Source: Candidatus Poribacteria bacterium (GTDB taxonomy: Bacteria; Poribacteria; WGA-4E; PCPOR2b). Taken from it: 64,000 bases of DNA. A model generated the notes under the pieces. That model was given only the letters and a program-made list of their open reading frames with translations, did no database searches and had not been told where the DNA came from. Positions 19,777 through 29,182 of this stretch are shown piece after piece (position 1 is the first letter of the stretch; the number at the start of each line of letters is the position of its first letter). The stretch spans positions 2,560,001-2,624,000 of the forward strand of contig OZ220744.1 of NCBI GenBank assembly GCA_965116925.1. Reading direction: 5' to 3'. The translations under genes and the position numbers were made by a program.

Positions 19777-21405
19777 ATGGCATTTCCATCACATGGTGTT
19801 ACGCACCGTCCGACAGTGACGGGGACGCGGGGTATGGTTTCGAGCGCGCATCCACTTGCAAGTCTGGCGGGGGCGCAGATATTACTTCAGGGCGGCAACG
19901 CTTTTGATGCGGTGGTTGCGGTTGCGTCTACCCTTAATGTAACAGAACCGTATATGTCGGGTATTGCTGGCTGCGGTTATATGATGGTTTATAACGCGAA
20001 GGAGGACACAATCCAGGTCCTCGATTATATGGGGACGAGTCCGTATCAGGCGACGCTTGACGCATATTCGGAGCCGGGATCGAATGAGGTTGGGATTCGG
20101 GCGGGTATGATTCCCGCTGCGTGTGGCGGGTGGTTGGCACTCCTCGATCGGTACGGCAGCATGGATCGTGCGGATATCTTCGCACCGGCGATCGGCTATG
20201 CGGAGAACGGCTATGCGGTCACGGCGAAGAACGCTGAGTTCATGGCAGGCGCAGGACCCCGATTTTCGTCAACGGGCGCGAAGATTATCATGTCCCGTGG
20301 GCGGACACCGCGTCCGGGCGAGGTGTTGGTGCAGAAGGAGCTGGCACAGACGTTCCGTAAGGTGGTCGAGGGCGGCGCAGAGGTCTTCTATCACGGTGAG
20401 ATTGCACAGCATATCGCTCAGTTCTTCCAAGAGAATGACGGCTTGATCACGGAGAAGGATCTTGCGGATTTTCAGGTGGATTGGCATGAACCGATCTCGA
20501 CGACGTTCAAGGATTTTAAGATTTTCTGTCCGCCGCCGCCGTGTTCCGGTTTTCAATATCTGGAGACGTTCAATATTTTGGAGAACGATCCGCTCAGTGA
20601 TCTGGGGCATAACTCTGCGGAATATCTCCATCTGCTGATTGAGGCGATAAAGCTCGCCAGCGCAGACCGCGCGGAATACACCTGTGCGGAGAATCCGCCC
20701 ATCACCGGATTGCTCTCTAAAGGTTACGCCGCCGAGCAGCGGAAGCGGATCGGACACCGTGCGGGCGTCGGTGGCGGTGAGCGTTATACGAAGGATAAGC
20801 TGCCGGGCGAGATTCTGCCGGGGAACGCTGCGGAATGGATTAACGAATGCACGACCCATTTCGATGTGGTTGACGGCGAGGGGAATGCGATTGCAGTGAC
20901 GCAGAGTCTTGGCTCCGGTTTCGGCTCTGGCGTCGCGCTCGGTGAGACTGGGATGTTCCTGAATAACTTTATGAACTGGTTTGATCTCCTGCCGGAGAGC
21001 CCGAACGCTATCGGACCACACAAGCAGATCGAAATGTGTATGTCTCCGTGTCAGGTTTGGAAGAACGGGAAATTGTTTGCTGTGATTGGTACACCGGGGA
21101 GCCACGGGATCCTACAGACGACGGCGCAGATGGTGTTGAACCTGATCGAACACGGCATGAATATCCAAGCGGCGATCGAGGCACCGCGTGTGCGGGTTGA
21201 GAGTCCGGGAGCCGCTGTCAGTATGGAGGGGCGCATCCCCGCCGATGTTGTAGCGCAGCTTGAGGCGCGTGGACATGAGCCTAACGTGATGCCTGATTGG
21301 ACGGCTGGTGTTGGCGGCGGTCAGGGGATTGCGGTTGACCAATCGGAGGGTTCGCTTATGGGCGGTGCGGATCCGCGGCGTGATGGGTATTCGATTGGGA
21401 TCTGA
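19777..21405 (+). CDS. ggt: Gamma-glutamyltransferase family protein
   Basis: GGNAFDA, TTHFDVVD (Ntn threonine), GTPGS and GGADPRRDG. Confidence 0.92.
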   Translation: MAFPSHGVTHRPTVTGTRGMVSSAHPLASLAGAQILLQGGNAFDAVVAVASTLNVTEPYMSGIAGCGYMMVYNAKEDTIQVLDYMGTSPYQATLDAYSEPGSNEVGIRAGMIPAACGGWLALLDRYGSMDRADIFAPAIGYAENGYAVTAKNAEFMAGAGPRFSSTGAKIIMSRGRTPRPGEVLVQKELAQTFRKVVEGGAEVFYHGEIAQHIAQFFQENDGLITEKDLADFQVDWHEPISTTFKDFKIFCPPPPCSGFQYLETFNILENDPLSDLGHNSAEYLHLLIEAIKLASADRAEYTCAENPPITGLLSKGYAAEQRKRIGHRAGVGGGERYTKDKLPGEILPGNAAEWINECTTHFDVVDGEGNAIAVTQSLGSGFGSGVALGETGMFLNNFMNWFDLLPESPNAIGPHKQIEMCMSPCQVWKNGKLFAVIGTPGSHGILQTTAQMVLNLIEHGMNIQAAIEAPRVRVESPGAAVSMEGRIPADVVAQLEARGHEPNVMPDWTAGVGGGQGIAVDQSEGSLMGGADPRRDGYSIGI

Positions 21406-21435
21406 AACGTGATGCGTGAAACGTAAAACGTGAAA

Positions 21436-21590
21436 GGTTCACGTAAAAAGAAAGTGCAAAATATGAACGAAATCGTAGGGGCGGGGTTTCCCCGCCCGTG
21501 GAACATCCCGATTTATCGAGGCAGTAAGGGTTGGGTGACCCAACCCCTACGAAAACTCGGTTGCTGTTGCACGCTTTCTTAACATGAGCC
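21436..21590. mobile_element. GGCTCATG-type MITE copy
   Basis: GGTTCACGTAAAAAGAAAGTGCAA ... TTGCACGCTTTCTTAACATGAGCC; no target duplication visible. Confidence 0.6.
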
Positions 21591-21794
21591 TTTGTTGTTT
21601 GGAATGAGTTTATTCACAATGAGCCGAATATCCTCACGGATAGCCTTAATATCATCGGCAAGGTCATTGATTCGGTTATGTACATCATCAATTCTTTTAT
21701 GTACATCATCAAAACGTTTACCAGTGGATATATGCAATCCAATAATTAGGGCTGATAATGTTCCAATGATCGTGAGTGTTTGAATCCAGTTCAT
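21579..21794 (-). CDS. Small membrane-anchored coiled-coil protein
   Basis: AAGGAG RBS; N-terminal TM helix; heptads RFDDVHK/RIDDVHN/RINDLAD; has its own promoter. Confidence 0.7.
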   Translation of the reverse strand: MNWIQTLTIIGTLSALIIGLHISTGKRFDDVHKRIDDVHNRINDLADDIKAIREDIRLIVNKLIPNNKGSC

Positions 21795-21818
21795 AATGAG
21801 CTCTCCTTTATATTGCAG

Positions 21819-21847
21819 AGTATACTATGGACTGGTTTTATTGTCAA
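21819..21847 (-). promoter_or_regulatory. sigma70-type promoter of the small gene
   Basis: TTGACA-17-TATACT on the minus strand. Confidence 0.65.
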
Positions 21848-21870
21848 GAAAGTTGTAAATGGAGGTAAGT

Positions 21871-23772
21871 ATGAGTACATTGATTATTGCGATCTTGAGT
21901 TTTTTCGGGTTTATCGTCGCCTATCATACCTATGGGCGGTGGTTGGCTAGGAAGATCTTTGGGCTTAACCCGGAGGCGGAGGTGCCGAGTCAAGAGTTGC
22001 GGGATGATGTGGACTATGTTCCGACGAAAAAGGAGGTTATCTTCGGACATCATTTCACAAGCATCGCAGGCACGGGTCCCATCGTAGGTCCTGCGATTGC
22101 CGTTTTTTGGGGGTGGCTGCCCGCGCTGCTCTGGGTTGTCCTCGGCTCAATTTTCATCGGTGCGGTTCATGACTTTGGCGCGTTGGTGGTCTCGCTCCGC
22201 AACCGCGGGCAGACGATCGGAGACATCGCGGGACGGATGATCACGCCGCGAGCGAAGCTGCTGTTTTTGGTCATCTTGTTCATGGCGTTGACCGTTGTTT
22301 TGGCTATATTCGGCTTGGTCATTGCGATTATCTTCGCGCTCTATCCGGAATCGGTGCTTTCGGTTTGGATCGAGATTCCGCTTGCGGTCGGCATCGGACT
22401 CTGGATCTATCGGCGGGGTGGAAATATCCTAATCCCCTCCATCATCGCGCTGGGGATTATGTACATTGGAATGGGGGTGGGCGCGTACCTGCTTCCGATT
22501 AGCATTTCGGAATGGTTTGGCATCCCGCTACTGGGACCAACCTTTGCAAATGCGGTGGTTATCTGGACGTTAATCCTGTTTGTGTACTGCTTTATTGCAT
22601 CGGTGCTGCCGGTCTGGACACTGCTCCAGCCGCGTGATTTTATCAATAGCCATGAGTTGATTGTAGCACTAGTCCTGCTGATTGGGGGACTTGCGATTGC
22701 GGGTTTGACGGGGAGAGCGGATCTCTTCGCAGCTGCGCCGGCGATCGCGCCCGATATTCCGCCCGATGCGCCGCCGATTTGGCCCTTCCTTTTTATCACG
22801 ATTGCCTGTGGCGCGATCAGTGGATTCCACTGCATGGTGAGTTCTGGCACCTCTAGTAAGCAGGTCGCTTCGGAGAAGGATGCACAGTATGTCGGCTACG
22901 GTGCGATGTTGCTTGAAGGTGGGCTCGCAGTTATCGTCATTCTCGCATGTTGCGCCGGAATTGGCATGGGACTTTTTGAACGGAGCGGGACCGGAGCCAG
23001 CTACGCTTTTCAGCCCGTGATCAATTCTGAGACGGGGCAGCAGGTTCGGCATCAAGAGGCGTGGCGGACGCGCTATGCAACAACACAAACAGTGACAAAT
23101 CCTGACGGCACAACGCGGACAGTCGGCGGTTGGGCGGGGCATAGCCTTGCGAAGAAGGTGGGGGCTTTTGTTGATGGTGGCGGAAATTTTCTCGCAAGCG
23201 TCGGTATCCCTCTGAAGATGGCGATTGCAATCATGGCGGTGTTGGTGGCAAGCTTTGCCGCGACGACGTTAGATACTGCGACACGAATCCAGCGCTACGT
23301 TATCCAAGAACTCGCGGGTACGATGGGGGTTAAGCCACTCACCAATCGGTACGTGGCGACCGCTCTCGCGCTGTTCTTGGGAGGTGTTGTCGCACTGATA
23401 CCGGGACCCAATGGGCCGGGCAGTGGTGGGTTGATTCTTTGGCCTCTCTTTGGGGCGGTGAATCAGCTGCTGGCGGGTCTCGCTTTTATGGTGACGGTCT
23501 TCTATCTGCTGCGACGGAATTTGCCGGTCTGGTTCGCAGTGATCCCGATGGTGGTGATGTTGATTATGCCGGCGTGGGCGATGTTGTGGCAGATGTTTAA
23601 CCCTGATACGGGGTGGTTGTTCACCGGTAAGTATCTGCTCTTTGCGTTCGGTGTCGCCGTTGAAGCGGTGCAGGTGTGGATGATTGTTGAGGGGTTGATT
23701 ACGTTGCGGACGGCGCGGGGGAATTATCCTGAGCTTCCGCCGCTACACCCGCAGGAGCAGCCGGCTAGCTAG
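21871..23772 (+). CDS. cstA: Carbon starvation protein A (peptide/pyruvate transporter)
   Basis: DDVDYVPT, FGHHFTSIAGTGPIVGP, ACGAISGFH, TTLDTATR and WPLFGAVNQLLA; GGAGG RBS before ATG 21871. Confidence 0.95.
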   Translation: MSTLIIAILSFFGFIVAYHTYGRWLARKIFGLNPEAEVPSQELRDDVDYVPTKKEVIFGHHFTSIAGTGPIVGPAIAVFWGWLPALLWVVLGSIFIGAVHDFGALVVSLRNRGQTIGDIAGRMITPRAKLLFLVILFMALTVVLAIFGLVIAIIFALYPESVLSVWIEIPLAVGIGLWIYRRGGNILIPSIIALGIMYIGMGVGAYLLPISISEWFGIPLLGPTFANAVVIWTLILFVYCFIASVLPVWTLLQPRDFINSHELIVALVLLIGGLAIAGLTGRADLFAAAPAIAPDIPPDAPPIWPFLFITIACGAISGFHCMVSSGTSSKQVASEKDAQYVGYGAMLLEGGLAVIVILACCAGIGMGLFERSGTGASYAFQPVINSETGQQVRHQEAWRTRYATTQTVTNPDGTTRTVGGWAGHSLAKKVGAFVDGGGNFLASVGIPLKMAIAIMAVLVASFAATTLDTATRIQRYVIQELAGTMGVKPLTNRYVATALALFLGGVVALIPGPNGPGSGGLILWPLFGAVNQLLAGLAFMVTVFYLLRRNLPVWFAVIPMVVMLIMPAWAMLWQMFNPDTGWLFTGKYLLFAFGVAVEAVQVWMIVEGLITLRTARGNYPELPPLHPQEQPAS

Positions 23773-23916
23773 CGATGAAGACGGGAAAACGGGAAAACGG
23801 GAGAACGAGTTGGTTCATTGGTTCACCAGTTCATTGTTATACACATGTCGCCCCTCTGGGGCTTTTTGTTGGTTCGTTGGGCTGATGAAGGTGTTGCTTC
23901 GCATGGTCTACGGATT

Positions 23917-23944
23917 GTAGGGAACGCAGATCTGCGTTCCCTAC
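23917..23944. repeat. 28-bp perfect palindromic REP GTAGGGAACGCAGATCTGCGTTCCCTAC
   Basis: Full copies at 23917 and 27381; partial copies at 8557, 19038, 19264 and 61521. Confidence 0.9.
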
Positions 23945-24021
23945 GAAGATAAACAGATCGCGTTCTACATTTGACTATACAGATACAAGCATCTCTTAAT
24001 GGGGAGGCATAAAGGAGGTTT

Positions 24022-24864
24022 ATGATGCAAGATCAATCATTGCGGTTTCTTGTGGTTAAAGCACATCCACACGATTTTACACACTGTGCTGGCACTTGTG
24101 GCGTTCATGCGTCCCAAGGGGATTCCATCACAGTTGTCAGTATGACCAACGGGATCGGTACGCACAATGAGCGACTCCATGATGAACTGCTCAAGCCGGA
24201 GTCGGAGCAGGATCCTGAGATTATCAATCAGAGTGCTGATGATTACGCGAGACTCAAAGAGGATGAGTTTCGTAAGGTCTGCGCGCTTTTCGGGGTGACG
24301 GATGTACGAATCCTTGATTTCCCAGATAAGCCGTTCCATAACACGCCGGACGCGGTGGAGGCACTCCGACAGATTATCTATGATGTGCGTCCGCATGTGT
24401 TGATCACGCAGCGACCGCACCTGAGCGGACGGAACGCCATGGCTTCTGGGGCGCACAATGATCACGACGAAACTGCATTTGCCATCATGGAGGCGCAGGG
24501 GTTGGCGGGCACGCCGGATTACGGCAGCCGTCAGCGGCCTCACACGATCGCAGCGACCTACTATCCGGGTGTCTATTATATGCCGGACGAGATCGACTTC
24601 TATGTGGACATCTCGGACTGGAAGGAGCAGCGGGTTGAGGCGGAGATCCTGTTCAGCAGTCAAGGGCATACCGAAACCTTCGCCCGGAAGCGGATTGAGA
24701 TTCATACAGGTCATGCGGGTTGGTACGCTGGGACGGGCTATGCGGAGGGATTTGTCCGTGGTGCGCCGGAGGTCTTGTCGCGGATTCATGTGCCGGAAAC
24801 CGCGCTGCGACGGGCTTCGGAGCCGCGTCAGAATCACCTAAAACGTCTTGCGGGTGAGCTTTAA
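24022..24864 (+). CDS. PIG-L/LmbE family deacetylase-like protein
   Basis: LVVKAHPHD, MTNG, RPHVLIT, HNDH, VDISDW and AEGF. Confidence 0.8.
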   Translation: MMQDQSLRFLVVKAHPHDFTHCAGTCGVHASQGDSITVVSMTNGIGTHNERLHDELLKPESEQDPEIINQSADDYARLKEDEFRKVCALFGVTDVRILDFPDKPFHNTPDAVEALRQIIYDVRPHVLITQRPHLSGRNAMASGAHNDHDETAFAIMEAQGLAGTPDYGSRQRPHTIAATYYPGVYYMPDEIDFYVDISDWKEQRVEAEILFSSQGHTETFARKRIEIHTGHAGWYAGTGYAEGFVRGAPEVLSRIHVPETALRRASEPRQNHLKRLAGEL

Positions 24865-24960
24865 GGCGTGAAACGTGACGCGTGATGCGGATATTGACAA
24901 CATCTTCTACGCTAACTGATTCCGGTTCTTCCGTCGGTGGCTGCCTCAATGAATATTGGC

Positions 24961-24989
24961 TTGACCTCTTTTGGCAAGGGTGGTATAGT
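24961..24989 (+). promoter_or_regulatory. sigma70-type promoter (probably for the ThDP operon)
   Basis: TTGACC-17-TATAGT with a TG extension. Confidence 0.5.
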
Positions 24990-25163
24990 AGCACGGGTTG
25001 ATGCCCATTACCCCGCTAGTTTAATTGAAGGCGGGAAAATGAGAAAACGAGAAAACCTGATCTAACCGTGGATACGCGGAGAAAAGTATTAGGTGTCGAG
25101 ATATGAATCTCGACCTACGGATTGTCATCATTGACGTGGGTTTGGGGTCGGGCAAGATGCCCG

Positions 25164-25507
25164 ACCTACGGGTGTATTATAGGTTGACCTACTCCCAAAG
25201 TTGAAACATTGGGATTCTTATACTTTGAGAGTTCTTTAACGGACTTACGGGTGCGCCCCGTTAAGGAGTGCCCCTGCCGTATATCTGCTTCGGCGAGGTT
25301 TGCCTCGTACTACTGTTGAGGACTTACTACCTCTCCACAGACGTTTTACGTCTTGGCGTGTCCCGCCACGACGGTTAGATTTTGGACTTGGTTTTCGTCC
25401 GTATGCGGTATGGATAACCGCTTACGCCCCAATCCCCTCATATCACTGAAGAGAACGGGAGACTCTACAAGGTGTAGAGGTGATATTCTCCCGCTTTTAG
25501 GACGTAA
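25164..25507 (-). ncRNA. Putative TnpB omegaRNA/reRNA-like structured RNA with extra domains
   Basis: Scaffold GCGGGACACGCC..AAACGTCTGTGGAGAG..GTAAGTCC..CTCGCCGAAGCAG..GAATCCC..GTCAA, downstream of an internal promoter; many stems. Confidence 0.6.
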
Positions 25508-25600
25508 CAGAATTATACCACTTATGAGTCCTAAAATCAACTAAAATTAACCCGTTTGACCCAACGCTAAAGCATTGGGATTGTTTCCAGTATTTTCATT
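25184..25600 (-). mobile_element. Non-autonomous IS200/IS605-type element (no tnpA or tnpB)
   Basis: On the minus strand: left hairpin CCCAATGC-TTTA-GCGTTGGG; right end GAATCCCAATGTTTCAACTTTGGGAGTAGGTCAA, ending in the TCAA typical of IS605 right ends. The left boundary is approximate. Confidence 0.7.
25512..25540 (-). promoter_or_regulatory. Internal promoter of the element
   Basis: TTGATT-17-TATAAT with a TG extension on the minus strand. Confidence 0.7.
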
Positions 25601-25617
25601 AGAAAGGATAGAAATAT

Positions 25618-27270
25618 ATGACAGGTAATCAAGCGATTGCTAAGATTCTTAAGGCTGAAGGTCTCGATTGGTTCGCGTGTTTCCCGCACCATACACTAAT
25701 AGACGCGGCTGCGAAAGAGGGGATGAGGCCAATTCTCTCGCGCCAAGAGCGAGCGGGTGTGAACATGGCTGACGGGTATAGTCGCATTATGTGCGGTAAC
25801 CGCATCGGTGTGTTCATGATGCAATCCGGTCCGGGGGCTGAGAACGCCTTTGGTGGTGTCGCGCAAGCTTATGCTGATTCGGTGCCGATACTGCTCCTGC
25901 CCGGAGGACCACCTCTTTCGGGTGTGGGTATGCATCCGGGCTTCGTTTCGTACCGGAACTACGGTGGAGTTACCAAGTGGACGGAGTATATTAATCAGGC
26001 GGATCGCATCCCCCAACTGATGCGGATGGCGTTCACTCGGATGAAACATGGGAGACCGGGACCGGTACTTTTGGAGATTTCTTCAGATGCTGCGAGTCAG
26101 GAAATTCCGGATAGTGCTTTCAACTATGAACCGGTGCAGGTGCACAAATCGGCGGGGGATCCCGATGATGTCCGCGATATGGTTACTGCTTTGCTCAACG
26201 CGTCAAACCCTGTTATCAGCGCGGGCAGGGGTATACTGTACGCCGAAGCGACGGATGAGTTGGTCACGCTGGCAGAGTTGACGAACATTCCTGTGCTGAC
26301 TACCTTACAAGGTAAGAGTGGCTTCCCTGAGGACCATCCTTTGGCGTTGGGCGTGGCAGGAAGTAGTGGCACTCAGATGGTGGGTCACTTTCTGAGGCAG
26401 ACGGACTTTGTGCTTGGTATTGCAACGACGCTGAGTAGCGGTTACAGCCCGCAGATACCGTCTGGTATTACTGTGGCTCAGATTACTAATTCGATCGAAG
26501 ATCTGGGCGTACATCATCGGTTGGCTCATGGTGCTGTCGGCGATGCGAAGTTGGTGCTGCAACAAATGATTGAAGAGGTAAAACGGCAGATTGGTGAGCA
26601 GGGTAGAGATGATGTAAACGGTGTGGTGAACGAGATTCGCAAGGTGAAAGCGGAGTGGCTTGCCTCTTGGCGTCCGCGACTCGAATCGGATGAGGTTCCG
26701 ATGAACGAGTATCGTGTTCTCAACGAACTTCACAAAGCGGTGGATGTGTCGAATACTATTGCGACGCACGACGCGGGTTATCCGCGAGATCGGATGTGTC
26801 CGTTCTGGACGACCGACGCTCCAAATACCTATATCGGTTGGGGCAAGTCGACGCAGTTGGGCTATGGACTGGGGCTGGCACTCGGTGCGAAGATGGCGGC
26901 ACCTGAGAAATTAGTCGTGAATGTAATGGGAGATGCCGCCTTCGGTATGGCAGGATTGGATATTGAGACGGCGGCACGGTCTGAGATTCCGATATTGACC
27001 GTCGTTCTGAACAACGGTATAATGACTCACTACGATCAAAATATGCCGTATGCGACAGAACATTGGGAAAGCAACAAGTTGTCCGGTGATTATGCCAAGG
27101 TAGCCGAAGGTTTGGGTGCCTTCGCCGAAACGGTTGAGACGCCGGACCAGCTGCCCGGTGCGATCGCACGTGCGATTGCTGCGACGAAGGAGGGACGCCC
27201 CGCTTTGCTACAAACGATGACCTGTGGAGAGGAGACAGTTTCTCGCTACCAAGACTCGGCCGGTTATTAG
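25618..27270 (+). CDS. Thiamine diphosphate-dependent enzyme (acetolactate synthase-like family)
   Basis: RQERAGVNMADGY, GRPGPVLLE and the ThDP motif MGDAAF...VLNN. Confidence 0.9.
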   Translation: MTGNQAIAKILKAEGLDWFACFPHHTLIDAAAKEGMRPILSRQERAGVNMADGYSRIMCGNRIGVFMMQSGPGAENAFGGVAQAYADSVPILLLPGGPPLSGVGMHPGFVSYRNYGGVTKWTEYINQADRIPQLMRMAFTRMKHGRPGPVLLEISSDAASQEIPDSAFNYEPVQVHKSAGDPDDVRDMVTALLNASNPVISAGRGILYAEATDELVTLAELTNIPVLTTLQGKSGFPEDHPLALGVAGSSGTQMVGHFLRQTDFVLGIATTLSSGYSPQIPSGITVAQITNSIEDLGVHHRLAHGAVGDAKLVLQQMIEEVKRQIGEQGRDDVNGVVNEIRKVKAEWLASWRPRLESDEVPMNEYRVLNELHKAVDVSNTIATHDAGYPRDRMCPFWTTDAPNTYIGWGKSTQLGYGLGLALGAKMAAPEKLVVNVMGDAAFGMAGLDIETAARSEIPILTVVLNNGIMTHYDQNMPYATEHWESNKLSGDYAKVAEGLGAFAETVETPDQLPGAIARAIAATKEGRPALLQTMTCGEETVSRYQDSAGY

Positions 27271-27507
27271 AGTGGGAGGAGGCGCGTTCCATATTTTCCC
27301 CAGGCCCGGTAGGTGCGGTTTTTAACCGCACCGGGCATCGCTGGGAAATTACCGAATTAAAATAGGAGTTACGCACTTCAGTAGGGAACGCAGATCTGCG
27401 TTCCCTACGAGCTCCTTGAGGGTGTTTCGGCTTAGTTGCCCAATTTATCGGGCGGTGTCCTGTAACGATTGAACAGACTAGTCTGAACGCTGGAGAAAGA
27501 GGTGGAA

Positions 27508-29097
27508 ATGGCTGAACAACGGGAGAAGATTCTGGCACGCGGCAGTTATTTTCCCGGCGACTGGGTGCGTCCACGGTACAACCCCGGTACATGGATGGCG
27601 ATGGTGGATCTGGCAGAGATTTTCACGGGTCACCGCAGCATAACCAGTCAAGGGAATTATGAGATGTTCGATGCCCCCATTGGCGTGGATTTGCGGGTGG
27701 AAGCGGCAGACAAGTCTGAACCGTTTCTAACGCCTGAAAAGGAGTGGGAAACTGAGGAGGTTGCCTACCCCGGCTATATCTGGCATGAAGATGGCCGGCT
27801 CCGCATGCTGTACAATGTTGGGGAAAGGACCTGTCTCGCCCTCAGTGATGATGGTTACAACTGGGAGCGACCGGTGCTGGGACTGACTGAGTTTAACGGT
27901 TCGACGGACAACAACATCCTCAAGACATCGTTGCTGGCGAGTGTCTTTGAAGATCCGTCCGCACCGCCCGAAGAGCGGTACAAAGCGTTGGAGGCAAAGG
28001 GGTTTTGGCTTGACCGTGAGACCGGTGAGGAGGTCGATGGCGATGAAGCGGACAGATGTTGGCGTGCGGAGCATTATGAGGGTCGCTCCTATTCCGGGCG
28101 CAAGGTGGTTCTGAAGGGACAGCTGCTTGGCTTGACCTCACCGGATCGCCTGACTTGGACGCATCTGCCTGAGCCGCTCGCCAACTACTCGGTGAACGGT
28201 GGGATTTGCCCCGGTTACGACGTACACAACGGTGTCTACTATGCGTACATACAGCCCCAAGGAGTTGCCCCGGAAGAGCCGCAAGCCTTGGGAGCCAGTA
28301 TGCCTGAGACCGAGGTGTTTCGCCGTGCGATAGGACTGACACGGACAAAGGACTTCCGCAAGTGGCCCGCGGCAAAGTTGTTGATTTATCCTGATGCACA
28401 GGATCCTTTGGATATATCGTTTTATGGGGCGTGCTACTTCCCCTATCCGGGGCGGGATGAGCTCCATGCGATGGTCATTCCAGTATTCCATAACGCTACC
28501 GATCATGTGGACTTGCAGCTTGCGTTCAGTCGTGACGGTCTGATTTGGACACGCCCGGAACGTCGCGCGGTTGCTGAGTTGGGACCCACAGGGAGTGGAG
28601 AAGAGGGTCAGATCCATGTCTGGCGCAACGGGTTGGTAGAGCTTCCCGATGGTAATTGGGCGGTGCCTTACCATGCGCGCTCGACGCTACACACTGTTAA
28701 GGAGCAGTATCAGGCGGCACTCTTTCCGGAGATGCAGTCATCCCAGAATAGGTGGGCACGCTGGCGTCCGCATCGGCTCTGTGGTGTTGAGGCGGAAACC
28801 GAAGGGCGATTCACGATTCCCACGGTGTTTCGACAGGGGGATGAATTGCGCCTGAATTACCGCTGTGCGCCGGGTGGATGGATCCGTGTTGAATTGATGG
28901 CGAGGATACCGACCATGCAGTGCCCAGATGCGAACCCCCTTGAAGGGTTCACTTTTGAGATGTGCGATCCCCTGACAGGCGATCAGGAGGATCAGGTTGT
29001 CACTTGGCAGGGCAGCAGTGATATCACCGATGTCGGTGAGATGCTCGCTATTCGTGTGGAGATGTTTCAGGCGAAATTGTTCGCCTATAAGGTTTGA
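27508..29097 (+). CDS. Hypothetical protein, probable five-bladed propeller glycosidase-like (GH32/43-like)
   Basis: Asp-box-like SDDGYNW, SPDRLTW and SRDGLIW; also DPSAPPEERYK. Confidence 0.6.
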   Translation: MAEQREKILARGSYFPGDWVRPRYNPGTWMAMVDLAEIFTGHRSITSQGNYEMFDAPIGVDLRVEAADKSEPFLTPEKEWETEEVAYPGYIWHEDGRLRMLYNVGERTCLALSDDGYNWERPVLGLTEFNGSTDNNILKTSLLASVFEDPSAPPEERYKALEAKGFWLDRETGEEVDGDEADRCWRAEHYEGRSYSGRKVVLKGQLLGLTSPDRLTWTHLPEPLANYSVNGGICPGYDVHNGVYYAYIQPQGVAPEEPQALGASMPETEVFRRAIGLTRTKDFRKWPAAKLLIYPDAQDPLDISFYGACYFPYPGRDELHAMVIPVFHNATDHVDLQLAFSRDGLIWTRPERRAVAELGPTGSGEEGQIHVWRNGLVELPDGNWAVPYHARSTLHTVKEQYQAALFPEMQSSQNRWARWRPHRLCGVEAETEGRFTIPTVFRQGDELRLNYRCAPGGWIRVELMARIPTMQCPDANPLEGFTFEMCDPLTGDQEDQVVTWQGSSDITDVGEMLAIRVEMFQAKLFAYKV

Positions 29098-29182
29098 GGT
29101 TCATGTCAGAACAGAAGCGTGAAACGTGAAATTGGTGAACGGCACGCGGAGCGTGCCTATTACTTTGGTTTAGGAGGGATAT

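Noticed and set aside
25400..25500. Group I intron (IStron) core
   Set aside because: The plus-strand GAGACTCTAC/GATATTCTCC only loosely resembles the R/S motifs, P7 pairing is not canonical, and the promoter and TCAA end point to the minus strand.
25346..25544. 63-64-aa ORFs within the element
   Set aside because: No RBS and no TnpA or TnpB motifs; they overlap the structured RNA.
20269..27592. Long antisense ORFs (20269, 24037, 26756; also 2258, 7568, 40218)
   Set aside because: They are shadow frames of well-supported genes on the opposite strand.
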